Positions 42,988-53,900 of a stretch of DNA of 64,000 nucleotides are shown here, in pieces. The translations under genes were made by a program, and so were the position numbers. The notes below the pieces were generated by a model. The model was not told the origin of the DNA, searched no databases, and worked only from the letters and a program-made list of their open reading frames with translations. Numbering within the stretch: position 1 is the first letter of the stretch; the number at the start of each line of letters is the position of its first letter. Origin of the DNA: Spirochaetota bacterium (GTDB taxonomy: Bacteria > Spirochaetota > UBA4802 > JAFGDQ01); NCBI GenBank assembly GCA_043803405.1, contig JAZDKB010000015.1:64001-128000 (forward strand), read 5' to 3'.

Positions 42988-45864
42988 ATGATGATAAATA
43001 TCAGCCAAAAAAAACTGTATAAAGGAATTATTTATAATTCTTCCGGAGAACTTGACGCTGAACACTCTATTAATAATATTTTGAGCGAAAATGGTTTCTG
43101 GTGCTCAAAAAAAAGCAATAGTATCCAGCAGGATTTTTTTATAATAGATTATAAAGAAGAATTGCCGGTAAACCGCATTGAAATATTCACTTCTACTTCA
43201 GGAAAGACAACTTTCCCGGTAGATTTTCGCATCGAATTCAGTGTTGACGGAATAGGCTGGAGAAATCTCCAGACAGAAAAATCCTTTAATCTAGGCGATT
43301 TAAATGTCTATACTCTAAATATTCCTTTGACTTTGTTAAGGTTTATTAAAATTATTATTACAAAGCCCGGAAAAGTCGGTACAAAATTTTTCAGTGAGAT
43401 AGGTAAGGTGTCGGCAGGGATTGCCGGAATAGCAGAAGCCGGCGCCAGCAGCAGCTCATCATATAAAAACGATATTTATAAACTTTTTGACGGCAATACG
43501 GATTCTTACTGGGAATCAAAAGCTGAGCAAAAAAAAGGCAAAGAAGATATTCATATCGACCTTGGAAATATTTTTCAGATTAACCGCATATCCTTTTCGT
43601 CAATTAATTCACAGGAACATGCTTTCCCCGAAAATTTTATTATAAGAATAAGCAAAGATAATGAACTTTGGACTGCCCTTTTCGATGAAAGGAATTTTGT
43701 TGCTGAGGCATCAAAAAAATATTACTGGGATATAAATCCGATCGAATGCCGCTTTATCCATATAAATATGGATAATATTAAAATAAATAAAAATTTATAT
43801 ATTCTGCGACTCTCCGAAATAGAAATTTTTGGTGTCGTAATAGATTTAACTCATAGCCACAACATCGGAGAGCTGGTATCCAATGCTTCAATTTTTCAAT
43901 ATGGCCTTGTTAAACTTGCAAAAAGCGGCGAAGAAGCCATAGGAGCAGTTGTTCAAAGTAATGATTCAAGGTTAAAAGACGCAACTACTCTTAATAAAGG
44001 TATTATTCAATTAGCGGATGATGGTGAAGATAAGCCCTTTGTTGCCGTACAGGCTTCCGATTCCAGGCTTAAAAATGCGACTGAATTAAAATATGGCATT
44101 GTAAGGCTGGCAAAAGACAGGGAAGACAATCCTGACGTTGTCGTCAAAGGAAACGATTCACGACTTCAGAAAGCTACAGAAACCAATTTCGGCATTGTTA
44201 AAATATGCAGTGATGGAGAATATTCTGAATTTGGAGTAATACTGGGCAACGACTCCAGAATTCGCAAAGCGAGTTCCGAGTCTTTCGGGATAGTTCGACT
44301 TGCAAATAATGAAGAAGTTAATCCATATTGTGTCGTTCAGGCTAATGACAACCGGCTTCGGAATGCTGCTACAAATCATAAAGGCATCGTTGAGCTTGCC
44401 GAGAACGGCGAAGACAAGGAAGGCGTTGCTGTTCAGGGCTCTGATAAGCGCCTTAAAGATGCTACGACTGTCTCCAAGGGCATTGTTGAGCTTGCGGAAA
44501 ACGGCGAAGACAAGGAAGGCGTTTCTGTTCAGGGCTCTGATAAACGTCTTAAAGATGCTACAACTGTTTCCAAGGGCATCGTTGAGCTTGCCGAGAACGG
44601 CGAAGACAAGGAGGGCGTTGCTGTTCAGGGCTCTGATAAGCGTCTTAAAGATGCTACGACTGTATCAAAAGGCATCGTTGAGCTTGCCGAGAACGGCGAA
44701 GACAAGGAGGGCGTTGCTGTTCAGGGTTCTGATAAGCGTCTTAAAGATGCTACGACTGTTTCCAAGGGCATTGTTGAGCTTGCTGAGAACGGCGAAGACA
44801 AGGAGGGCGTTGCTGTTCAGGGCTCTGATAGCAGACTTAAAAAAGCGTCCGAAAATGCCTTCGGCATCGTTTTACTTGCCAAGAACAGGGAAATGAAAAA
44901 GCATTCTGTTGTGCAATCAGATGATGACAGATTAAATGATGCCAGGATGCCTCTGCCTCACGATCACAATTACGCGCCTGTTAAACATGAATATAATACT
45001 CATACCGGCACAATTAAGATAGTTGACAATAAAGAAGAATATATAAACGGAATTGTTCCTCCTTCCGATCGTTCTGCAGTTATATATGCTAAAAATGAAT
45101 CCGGCCAACCGGGAGCAATAGGAATTACTGGGATCAGCTATCCGCAAAGCGAAAAAGTGATGCATTCCTACGGCATTCTCGGACATGGCAGATTTGCCGG
45201 TGTTCGGGGTCAATCCAATGGAAGCAAAGAAAGCGAAATTAAAGGCGCAGGTGTGATCGGCATTTCCAGGTTTGGAGCAGGCGGGGTATTTGCAAGCGAA
45301 CACAATTATTCTCTTGTTGCGGACGGCTATGGCACTATTTCCGGATATGATAATACGATAGAACTAAAGGGCAATGGAGATGCATTATTTGTAAATGGTA
45401 ATTCTATTTTTAGCGGCAAGCTTGCAATTAATAACAAAAGTAAAGAAAAAGATTATCCTTCTAATATAGTTGAGATGTTCGAAGTGGATGAGGAACAAAT
45501 TATACTTGCCGGGGATATGCTTGTAATTAGTGAAAACGGAAAATCAATATTAACAAGGTCTACTACAAAATATTGCAAGCAGGTAATCGGAATCGTATCA
45601 GGAAATCCGACTATTATTCTTAATAACAGTTTTACTGAAAAAAAGCTTTATCCGGTTGTCCTGGCAGGTAAAGCCTTGTGCAGGGTCGACGCCCGCGAAA
45701 GATCGATTAAAGCCGGTGATCTTATAGTTACTTCCGATACACCCGGCTGCGGAATGGTAGGAGATATAGATTCGTTTAATAAAATCGGAACTGTTATCGG
45801 AAAGGCGCTTGACGGACTGGATAAGGGGATCGGCATAATTCCCGTATTTGTCGCCCATCAATAG
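42988..45864 (+). CDS. Discoidin-domain protein with phage tail-fibre-like repeats and a chaperone/peptidase G2-like C-terminus
   Basis: Two F5/8C-like domains (FPVDFRIEFSVDGIGW; LFDGNTDSYW...IDLG...FPENF); eleven 32-aa repeats; C-terminal GDLIVTSDTPG...GTVIGKAL; ATG 42988 after GGAG. Confidence 0.75.
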   Translation: MMINISQKKLYKGIIYNSSGELDAEHSINNILSENGFWCSKKSNSIQQDFFIIDYKEELPVNRIEIFTSTSGKTTFPVDFRIEFSVDGIGWRNLQTEKSFNLGDLNVYTLNIPLTLLRFIKIIITKPGKVGTKFFSEIGKVSAGIAGIAEAGASSSSSYKNDIYKLFDGNTDSYWESKAEQKKGKEDIHIDLGNIFQINRISFSSINSQEHAFPENFIIRISKDNELWTALFDERNFVAEASKKYYWDINPIECRFIHINMDNIKINKNLYILRLSEIEIFGVVIDLTHSHNIGELVSNASIFQYGLVKLAKSGEEAIGAVVQSNDSRLKDATTLNKGIIQLADDGEDKPFVAVQASDSRLKNATELKYGIVRLAKDREDNPDVVVKGNDSRLQKATETNFGIVKICSDGEYSEFGVILGNDSRIRKASSESFGIVRLANNEEVNPYCVVQANDNRLRNAATNHKGIVELAENGEDKEGVAVQGSDKRLKDATTVSKGIVELAENGEDKEGVSVQGSDKRLKDATTVSKGIVELAENGEDKEGVAVQGSDKRLKDATTVSKGIVELAENGEDKEGVAVQGSDKRLKDATTVSKGIVELAENGEDKEGVAVQGSDSRLKKASENAFGIVLLAKNREMKKHSVVQSDDDRLNDARMPLPHDHNYAPVKHEYNTHTGTIKIVDNKEEYINGIVPPSDRSAVIYAKNESGQPGAIGITGISYPQSEKVMHSYGILGHGRFAGVRGQSNGSKESEIKGAGVIGISRFGAGGVFASEHNYSLVADGYGTISGYDNTIELKGNGDALFVNGNSIFSGKLAINNKSKEKDYPSNIVEMFEVDEEQIILAGDMLVISENGKSILTRSTTKYCKQVIGIVSGNPTIILNNSFTEKKLYPVVLAGKALCRVDARERSIKAGDLIVTSDTPGCGMVGDIDSFNKIGTVIGKALDGLDKGIGIIPVFVAHQ
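43885..44940 (+). repeat. Coding tandem repeat, 11 x 96 bp
   Basis: Unit ATTVSKGIVELAENGEDKEGVAVQGSDKRLKD; GA(G/A)AACGGCGAAGACAAG recurs at 44401, 44497, 44593, 44689, 44785. Confidence 0.95.
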
Positions 45865-45918
45865 TTAAAATACCCTCACTTTTTCCAGTTATTTTGCAGT
45901 TTAAATGGAACTAAATGC

Positions 45919-46554
45919 TTATAAAGATAATCTTTTCAGAATCTCGATTTCCTTAATATTAAATATAAATTTTTGATAATTATTTACTTCCTTCACTATT
46001 TCTTTGGAAAGATAATTTATTTTCATGCAATATGGCTTTTTTAAATAGTCATCTACCCACATTATAATTGTTGTTGTAGCGGAAGTCCATACAATAGCGC
46101 CTTTATTGTCTTTTATATCTTCCCCTGTAGAAGGTCCGTATTTTTCTTCTATTTTCTTTTTAACTTCATCTTTTGTTAAATACGGAAATCGGATAGAAAC
46201 ATAAAACAGTTTACTATCAGCTGTCTTGTTTTCTGTTTCGCCTGTTTTTACAGCTGCGCCCGTTTCTTTACTTTTATTATCAGGATTCTCAACGTTTGCT
46301 GCAGGATTCTTTAGCGGTTCCGGCGATGCAGTTTCGCCTGATTTATAGAAAAAACCGTAAAGATATTCTATATCTCCATCCCGCGAGATAACTACTTTCT
46401 TTTCATCAGTGTATGTAATCTTACCTATAATTCCTGATTTAATATCATTTATGGAACTTCCCCATTTTATGTTTCCAAAACCGTCTATATTACCCTGTGA
46501 ATAAATAGAAGAACCGGTAAAAATTATTGCGATAATAATAAATAATTTTTTCAT
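45919..46554 (-). CDS. Hypothetical exported protein
   Basis: Signal peptide; GFGNIKWGSS; internal low-complexity linker. Confidence 0.65.
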   Translation of the reverse strand: MKKLFIIIAIIFTGSSIYSQGNIDGFGNIKWGSSINDIKSGIIGKITYTDEKKVVISRDGDIEYLYGFFYKSGETASPEPLKNPAANVENPDNKSKETGAAVKTGETENKTADSKLFYVSIRFPYLTKDEVKKKIEEKYGPSTGEDIKDNKGAIVWTSATTTIIMWVDDYLKKPYCMKINYLSKEIVKEVNNYQKFIFNIKEIEILKRLSL

Positions 46555-46587
46555 AATAAATCCTATTAATTATCTAACTTTTTAATA

Positions 46588-49221
46588 TTATCGGATAATT
46601 TTGAGATACTCTTCAATTTTATGCAGGAAATTCTCTGCCTTTTCCATATCAGCCATTTTAATTTCGGCATTTTTAATATCGCGCGACCCACCCTTAAGCA
46701 TTTTTTCATCTGAAAATCTGCCTATGGCATTAACATAAAACGGCATTGATAGAGATTCAAAAAGATCTATTTCACCCGTATGGAACATCTTCAATGAGTT
46801 CTTTCTTATACAAGTAACAAGATCGTCCTTTTTAATCTGATCCATATTCAAATTGATTATTGTCTTCAGAGAAGCATAATATGATTCAAAATGATCCTTC
46901 ATGATAGAAGCAAACAATTTTAATTCATCAACAGAATTCTCCTTAAGGATCAATATGCCATCCTCGCCTCTGGATACTAACGATTTTTGTTTAAAAAATT
47001 TATATACTTCTTCATGTATTGTCTCTGATGTATCCCCGTCATCCGAATATAAAAACTCCCTTCGGAAAAGATCTTTTATTAATTCATATTCTTTTTTAAC
47101 ATCCGATTCTTTAATATCTTTTCCCTCTGAGATTTTGTTAATATACAATATCGCCATCGAAGTTAAAGAAACAGGAAGAAAATAATGTAGAATACAGTTC
47201 TTATAATAATTAATTCTTATCCTGTCGTCATCTTTCAATACGTATAAATCTTCGACTAATTCCTCTTTACTGCCGCTTTCAATTTTAATCTGATGGAGGA
47301 TATTATCGTCAAGATACGTATCCAGCACATGCCCTATTATTTCATCGATGTCCGAATCTTTATGAAGGCTTGCAGACATTCTTGCGTTTGTCTGTATTAA
47401 ATAAAGAAAAAGAGTTTTTGAATTATTTATAAGTATTGATTTCGCAAAGCCTTTTGTTGAAAGAATTAAAATTGCCATGCTCGTAAGAGCAAACGGTGTA
47501 ACTACTGTAACCTCGCTGATTTTACCGACAACCGTATTGGCAACCAAATCGGGTATGGCTTTTTTATCGGTAACGCCTGCTGAAATTTCTTTAAGCGTAA
47601 GCGGATCACTGAACGACACATATACTTTACCGTATTTCCTTTTTAATACTTTACGGCTTTTTATCATGTCTGTCATTGATTCATCGACTTTTTTGCTGCC
47701 TTTTAATTCTTTTGAGTGAGCTTTTTCTTCCAGTATCCTGTCATAGTCGATTGCTATAGGCACAAAAACAAGATCTTCATTATACCCTGCATAGATTGCG
47801 TCGATTATGTAATAGAGTATGCCTAACTTTGGCAATAAAAGCTTGCCTGTTCTGCTTCTGGCTCCTTCCATGAATATTAAAATAGGATAACCGTCCGATA
47901 CCAGTGTTCTAACATATTGTTTAACAATAGTAGGATATAACTTAAGGCCTTTGAATGTTCTCCTTATGAAGAATGCCCCTGCACGCCTGGCGATTGTGCC
48001 AAATGGAAAAAAAGACATATTTTTCCCTGCGACAATATGCGGACTGAAGAGTTTATTAATATAAAATATATAGGGAATTACAATAAAATCCAGATAGCTT
48101 TTATGAGTAGGTAGCAGAATCAATGGCCCGTTTTTTGAAGCTTCCCTTATTTTTCTTACCTGCTCCAGGTCGTACTGGATACCGTCAAAAATTTTGTTTA
48201 AAATAAAAGATATTACTCTTTTAAAAATACTGATTACGAGTACTGAATAATTTGCAGCGAGTTCCTGATAATATTCATACGCCTCTCTCCTCAACTGTCT
48301 TTCCGATACTTTTTCTCTTTTTGCCTGCTTCTCAATCATTTCCAGTACTTCTTTATGGTATAGTACTTTTTCCATCATTTCCTGATTGGATCTGATAACA
48401 GGGCCAATGGCCGCTCTTTTTTCATGATGATATTTTTCGAGAAGTTTATTTCTTAATCCGACTGCAATTTGCTCGGGATCTTTGGTTTTTGCGTTTTCGA
48501 TTTCTTCTTTAACATTAACAGGCGGTAAAATTCTTACAAACGCAGGTGTAGCGCTCCTTAATACGGCAATCCAGCCCGATATCAGCCCCTTATCGCCGGT
48601 TGCCTGTGAGGCTACTGTTGTTGTTGTACGCTCGGGATTCAAATTCCAGAAAATCATCTGGGGCAAAAGATAGATCGGATTTTGAAAACTTTTCTGAAGC
48701 CCCACCAGATACGTAAGGGAATCGTATTTTATTTCCATGTATCTTCTTAGAAAAAATTTTCTCGAAAGGAGGGAAACATGAATGCTTTTTTTCTCCCATA
48801 ATTGTCTTTCAATATAATCAGTTTCAAAAATATCGGGATATTTTGTTCTGAAGAGTATTCTCTTTATTGATTTTATAAACCTTTTATATAAATGTTTTAT
48901 TGTCTGCATCATATACGGATTTTCATCCAGGGCAACTATAGGCAGGTCGATATTATGTTTTTTTAATAAATGGCAAAATATTAAGAGAGAAATATTTGAA
49001 CTATGGAAGGATACATAAACAATATTGCTCTTTGAACTGTAATCTTTAAGAGTTTGAAGACTTTCGGAATCAAAGTCAATTTTTCGAAAAAGCATACCAG
49101 CAAATTTTTCCAGCATAGAGTTAAAAAAACCGTCTATAACGCCGTCAAAAGTCTCGTTAGATTTGAATTTATAGGCACTTTTGCTGTTTTTTTCAAGCTT
49201 AAGCATTATAACCCCCAGCAT
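46588..49221 (-). CDS. plsB: Glycerol-3-phosphate acyltransferase (long PlsB type)
   Basis: HKSYLD, AGAFFIRR, FMEGARSRTG, PIAIDYD. Confidence 0.88.
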   Translation of the reverse strand: MLGVIMLKLEKNSKSAYKFKSNETFDGVIDGFFNSMLEKFAGMLFRKIDFDSESLQTLKDYSSKSNIVYVSFHSSNISLLIFCHLLKKHNIDLPIVALDENPYMMQTIKHLYKRFIKSIKRILFRTKYPDIFETDYIERQLWEKKSIHVSLLSRKFFLRRYMEIKYDSLTYLVGLQKSFQNPIYLLPQMIFWNLNPERTTTTVASQATGDKGLISGWIAVLRSATPAFVRILPPVNVKEEIENAKTKDPEQIAVGLRNKLLEKYHHEKRAAIGPVIRSNQEMMEKVLYHKEVLEMIEKQAKREKVSERQLRREAYEYYQELAANYSVLVISIFKRVISFILNKIFDGIQYDLEQVRKIREASKNGPLILLPTHKSYLDFIVIPYIFYINKLFSPHIVAGKNMSFFPFGTIARRAGAFFIRRTFKGLKLYPTIVKQYVRTLVSDGYPILIFMEGARSRTGKLLLPKLGILYYIIDAIYAGYNEDLVFVPIAIDYDRILEEKAHSKELKGSKKVDESMTDMIKSRKVLKRKYGKVYVSFSDPLTLKEISAGVTDKKAIPDLVANTVVGKISEVTVVTPFALTSMAILILSTKGFAKSILINNSKTLFLYLIQTNARMSASLHKDSDIDEIIGHVLDTYLDDNILHQIKIESGSKEELVEDLYVLKDDDRIRINYYKNCILHYFLPVSLTSMAILYINKISEGKDIKESDVKKEYELIKDLFRREFLYSDDGDTSETIHEEVYKFFKQKSLVSRGEDGILILKENSVDELKLFASIMKDHFESYYASLKTIINLNMDQIKKDDLVTCIRKNSLKMFHTGEIDLFESLSMPFYVNAIGRFSDEKMLKGGSRDIKNAEIKMADMEKAENFLHKIEEYLKIIR

Positions 49222-49542
49222 GAATAATGCATATTATACACAGGTTATTTTTATTTATTAGGCATCTTTAAAGCAAGGAATTTTTTATGATGTAAAAGAA
49301 TAATAGTATAACGATATCTTCGTTACTAAAATGTCTAAAATAAGCATAATAATTAAAATGTCTACTTTTATTTCATAAATAATCGCAAATGTTATTAAGG
49401 CAATACATAACTTTTAGGGAAGGATACGAAATAATACAGGTTCAGAACTCAAAATATCGCTTTCGGATTGAAATTATGAATAAATTTTAAAAAAATGATT
49501 GATAAAACAAACAATATAAAAATAAATAAACTCCGTATTTTA

Positions 49543-49616
49543 CGGGGTGTAGCGCAGCCCGGTAGCGCACTGCGTTCGGGACGCAGGAGCCGGGAGTTCA
49601 AATCTCCCCACCCCGA
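49543..49616 (+). tRNA. tRNA-Pro(CGG), CCA not encoded
   Basis: CGGGGTGTAGCGCAG...CTGCG-TT-CGG-GA-CGCAG...GTTCAAATC...CACCCCGA. Confidence 0.95.
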
Positions 49617-49725
49617 ATATAATAAAAACATGCAGAAAATTTTGTTAATTACTTGCTTTTTATTATATTTAGTATATAAATAAAGAATTATCGCAGCAAC
49701 ATCTTGCTTAACAGGGACGTTAACC

Positions 49726-50142
49726 ATGAAAATATTCGGCGATAATATTATTATCAATGACAGATTTCCCTCCACTATTAACAATAAAAATCATATAATA
49801 GAAACTATAATAAGCAGAATTAAGGAATATACCTGTGTTACTAAAATTGATTACGATGAGCTATTTCTTGTAATCGATGAAGCGATAACAAACGCAATGG
49901 AACACGGGAATCACTGGGATCCGGACAAGCTTGTTGATGTGAAAATTACCCGCACCGGTGAATATGTATCCATAACAATCGAGGATGAAGGTACAGGCTT
50001 TAATATTGATAAATATTCTATAGCTGATTCCTCACCTAATCTAAATCCGCGAGGAAGAGGAATTCAGATCATTAAGCATTTCTGCAGGCCGAACTGGAAC
50101 AATACCGGCAATCAAATCAATTTCTGCATCGATTTAAAATAA
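49726..50142 (+). CDS. RsbW-like anti-sigma factor / Ser-Thr kinase
   Basis: EAITNAMEHGN, IEDEGTGF, GRGIQII. Confidence 0.88.
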   Translation: MKIFGDNIIINDRFPSTINNKNHIIETIISRIKEYTCVTKIDYDELFLVIDEAITNAMEHGNHWDPDKLVDVKITRTGEYVSITIEDEGTGFNIDKYSIADSSPNLNPRGRGIQIIKHFCRPNWNNTGNQINFCIDLK

Positions 50143-50150
50143 TTTCCCTG

Positions 50151-50888
50151 ATGACGAATCGCAAATTCATTAATAGTTTCAGCTTCTGTTTTTACTGCTG
50201 TTTTTCCATTCTTTTTACATTATCCGTATTGAATATTATTCAAATCCCGGAATATGAATTAACAATATTTTCAGGATTCAGTTCAACCCTGGATGAAACA
50301 GCTAATGCCATTAAAGGCTTTGGGAGATTTCTGGATTCGATTAAATCAATTATAGATGTTATTTCTGCAATCATCGGTATTGAAGTTATTCTATTGCTGA
50401 TAGTTGTTTCGTTAATAAGCATGGGGATTTCGCTTGTCGGGATCCCAAAAGGAAAATTATCCTTTTTATCTTCCTTGATTATTGCAGATTTATTCTGGAT
50501 CACCTGGGCAAAAAGCTTTAATCCGGAATATTCTGCATTTATGGCAAAAATATTTTTGATACTTAAAACAAATCTAATTCTTTTAATTCCATTTATTATT
50601 ATTTATTTTTTCCGAAACCCTTCTGTCGCTAATAAAACAAAGCAATTGTTGCTTTCATTTTTAAGGGTGATTATAAAAAGTAAAAAGACAGAAGTTAAAT
50701 ATAATAAAAATGAAATTCTCTGGATTACCAGGAACCTTCAGGAAACCAATACAAAATTACAGAATTCCATTCTTAATGATATTTTAGTTGCTAAAGAAAA
50801 GGATGAATTTGCTTTTTCGGATGATACAATTAAACATAAAAAAGAAATGGCAGAACTATTAAATAAGGTCAGAGTATCTGATAAATAG
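50151..50888 (+). CDS. Hypothetical membrane protein
   Basis: About four hydrophobic segments and a soluble C-terminus. Confidence 0.6.
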   Translation: MTNRKFINSFSFCFYCCFSILFTLSVLNIIQIPEYELTIFSGFSSTLDETANAIKGFGRFLDSIKSIIDVISAIIGIEVILLLIVVSLISMGISLVGIPKGKLSFLSSLIIADLFWITWAKSFNPEYSAFMAKIFLILKTNLILLIPFIIIYFFRNPSVANKTKQLLLSFLRVIIKSKKTEVKYNKNEILWITRNLQETNTKLQNSILNDILVAKEKDEFAFSDDTIKHKKEMAELLNKVRVSDK

Positions 50889-50972
50889 CCTGTTTTATTA
50901 AACTAAACACAAAGGACATCTTACAAAACATATACAGACCGGATTTACTACAACTCATCTCAAAATTAAGTT

Positions 50973-53900
50973 TTATATTCGATAATATTTTTCCGGCCCC
51001 ATTTTTTTTAAAACAGCCATAAACAGCAGTTCTTCGTTAATCTCCCCATCTGTTGAAAAGAGGTGTTGTATCCTGCCGCCCGTGTTGCCAGCGGCTTCCA
51101 GTATTATCGGAGTGAGTATTTCGCCCATTGAAGATACCATGCATCCTTCGGGCGCTGCATTGATAAAAAGATCGGTCCCTGAGCGCAGCTTTATAAGCGC
51201 CTCGCCGGTATACGGCGCAAGCTCCCCATGCGGTTTAAGCGATGGGAGCAACTCTTCAGCTTCGCGCAGAATAGCTTCCATGGGATGAGGCATCTCCAGG
51301 CCGGCTGCTTTATACAATGGCCCGGCAAATATATTTCTTAGATTTGATACCGATCCCTTGCTGTCCGTGATTTGCTTTTTGTTTTCCTGTATAAGTTCAA
51401 TAAGATGCGCTCGTTCCTGTTCCGGGCATGAACGCAATTTCTCTTCGTATCTGTTTATTTCATCTTTCTTAACTAAAATTCTATTCTCAAGAATATATTC
51501 CAGGAAAGCCCATACAGGCGTATGACCGATTTCAAAGCTGCCGAATCCGAATTCATCAATAAGAATTTTAAATATCTCTTCGATCTGCGCAACGCGCACA
51601 TATACTTCGCCGTCAACATGTATCCGGAAACGGTTCGGGTTTTCCCTGCCTGTGAGCAGCCATTTCTTTGCGAATCGTTTTAGTGGTTTCCTAAGCCCGC
51701 TGTTTCTGTAAAGCCCGTAGCCGAAATATTTTGCTATACCGCCGAGCTTTGGAATTTTCCGCTTTATCAGTTCCACCAAATAACGCATTATTTTGCCAGG
51801 TCTGGTATTGTGCTCGAGAATGTAATAAAGATCGCGTTTTAGTTCAAGAAAGTCAGCCCACAGGCGGTTGTATTCATCATGATCTTTGCATAGAACAGCT
51901 GCTTTCATGAAAACGCTGTGAAGCACTCCCTGGAGAATAACAGCCTGAAACCCTACGAGCCCGACCCATTCTTCCAGGTAAAAACCGGCATTCTCATTAG
52001 TAAGCGAACTTGTAAGATTAATTAAAATTTTTATCGGATAATTAAATTCTTTATCTTCAACGATTTTGTTCCTGAATTGTTTATAGAGTAAAAGTTTAAG
52101 TACATCGACATACTGTCCAAGCCTGCATGGCCCGTCACCGCCGTTCATAAAAACCATTATCCTGCTTTTGCCTTTAACAAGGGGATCATTGTTCTTCTTC
52201 CGTGCCGCAAAATCCTGAACAGCATCTATCATGTCCGCATAAACTGCAGATAGAGGAAGGCACACTGTGTCCCCTGCAAATTTACGGCCGGTTTTAACTT
52301 TCGATACAAGATTATATGTTTCATCATCGTAATTATCGATTGCAGTAATGCCCGCAGCCCGGAATACAGATGTAACCATCCTGTTATCGCTTAAGTTTGG
52401 GAAATAGATTACATCGGTATCTCTATTAATGCCGTCAAAAACAAATTCGTTCAGCACTTCAACGCTGAAATTATCATCACCGGTATCGGAGAGTTCGGTA
52501 TGCAGTTGCTTGGTAAGCTGGTTGATATGCGTGTTGACCCTGTTCTCCAGATGCGCAAGCTCTTTTATCATTGCATCGGACTGAATGAACAACGAAGGTA
52601 TCTTTTTCGTGATCTCCATGCAGGCCGGGACCGTCACTGAGTCAGGGCCGCATCTGAATGTCGAAACCTGCACGACCGACAAAAGCGTATCGGTTAGTCC
52701 GCATTCGATTCTTCTTACAAGCTCTTTTAAACGCGCATGTTTAATGATTTCATGTAAATTCTTATTGGTTATTGCGTCTATCTTCGTCAGTATATCGTGC
52801 GGATTTTTCCAGTACATATAACCATAATCTTTATCAAGTTCAGTGTCAATGCAGTAAGACGGCAGGGCTATTACACCCTTGTCCCGCATAAGCTTGCCTA
52901 CATGGCTGTCGTATATCCCGGGATTAGAAATATATCCCCGCGCGCATATTACTGAAATATTCAGATGATTCTTTATTGCGTATTCAACATATTCGGCAGC
53001 TTTATCCGACAGCTTACCCGACAGCTTCTGATTGTCTGCAAGAGCGATTTTCACGGCATCAGTAAATTCCTGCCTGGATATATCGCGCTTATAGTATTGA
53101 AATACAGGCAAAAGGCTGCTGTACATCTGGCTTGCGATAAAGTCAGGTTCCATATTTTTTAGGCTGACATTAAAAAGCAGAAAACGGGCTTCCGGATGTT
53201 TCATCTTTGCAAAGTGCATGGCGATCACTACCCCGCCCTGATTAGTAGTGCATGTGCGTCCCAGACTTGCTCCGTCTGTCGGAAGATAGTCGATCTGCGG
53301 TACGAGTATTATGCCGTGTTTTCTGCCTGCGAGACGCATGAACTGCCCTGTTGCGCCTATGTTCGGAGCGCATGTGTCGATAGCGAAAAGAGGCTGTGCA
53401 TTAAAAATATCGTCTTCGATAATATCGTCGCAATGAACGGGAAAACCAAGATGAGCGAATATCCTGCCCAGAAAGAATGCCTGGTCGGATACTGCAAAAC
53501 TCCGCGGTATCACCAGCCTGTCTTCGCGCTCAGAACGATGCAGCCTTTCGGCAGTGTATGCCCACAACTCCCGGTATGCGTCCGGCGCTTTTACACGCTC
53601 TCCGCCTGACTTGCGCGACTGCATCTCATTTACTGCAGTGCATCCTCCGAGCATCAGTTTGATTAATCCCGAAGGCCCGTTTGAGGTAAGGCTTGCGCGG
53701 GCGCAACGCGCGTCCCTGTCTCCGCATGCTGCTCCGCGGCATTCGATTATCTTTTTTTCGTAAGTTCTGTCAATGAAGTCGTTAAGGTCATATTGTTCAT
53801 CGTGTGTCTTTTCATTTTGTTCCATGCTGCTTATTAGACCAATACATGCGCGGTGGCCGGGCATAGGCGGAACAAGGCAGTATGCAGGCCTGCCGGTGTA

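Noticed and set aside
44300..44896. 198-aa alternative-frame repeat ORF
   Set aside because: Shadow of the 96-bp coding repeat; variation between units is mostly synonymous in the main frame
49543..50972. Integrative element at tRNA-Pro
   Set aside because: No integrase next to the tRNA and no duplicated tRNA 3' end noticed in the window
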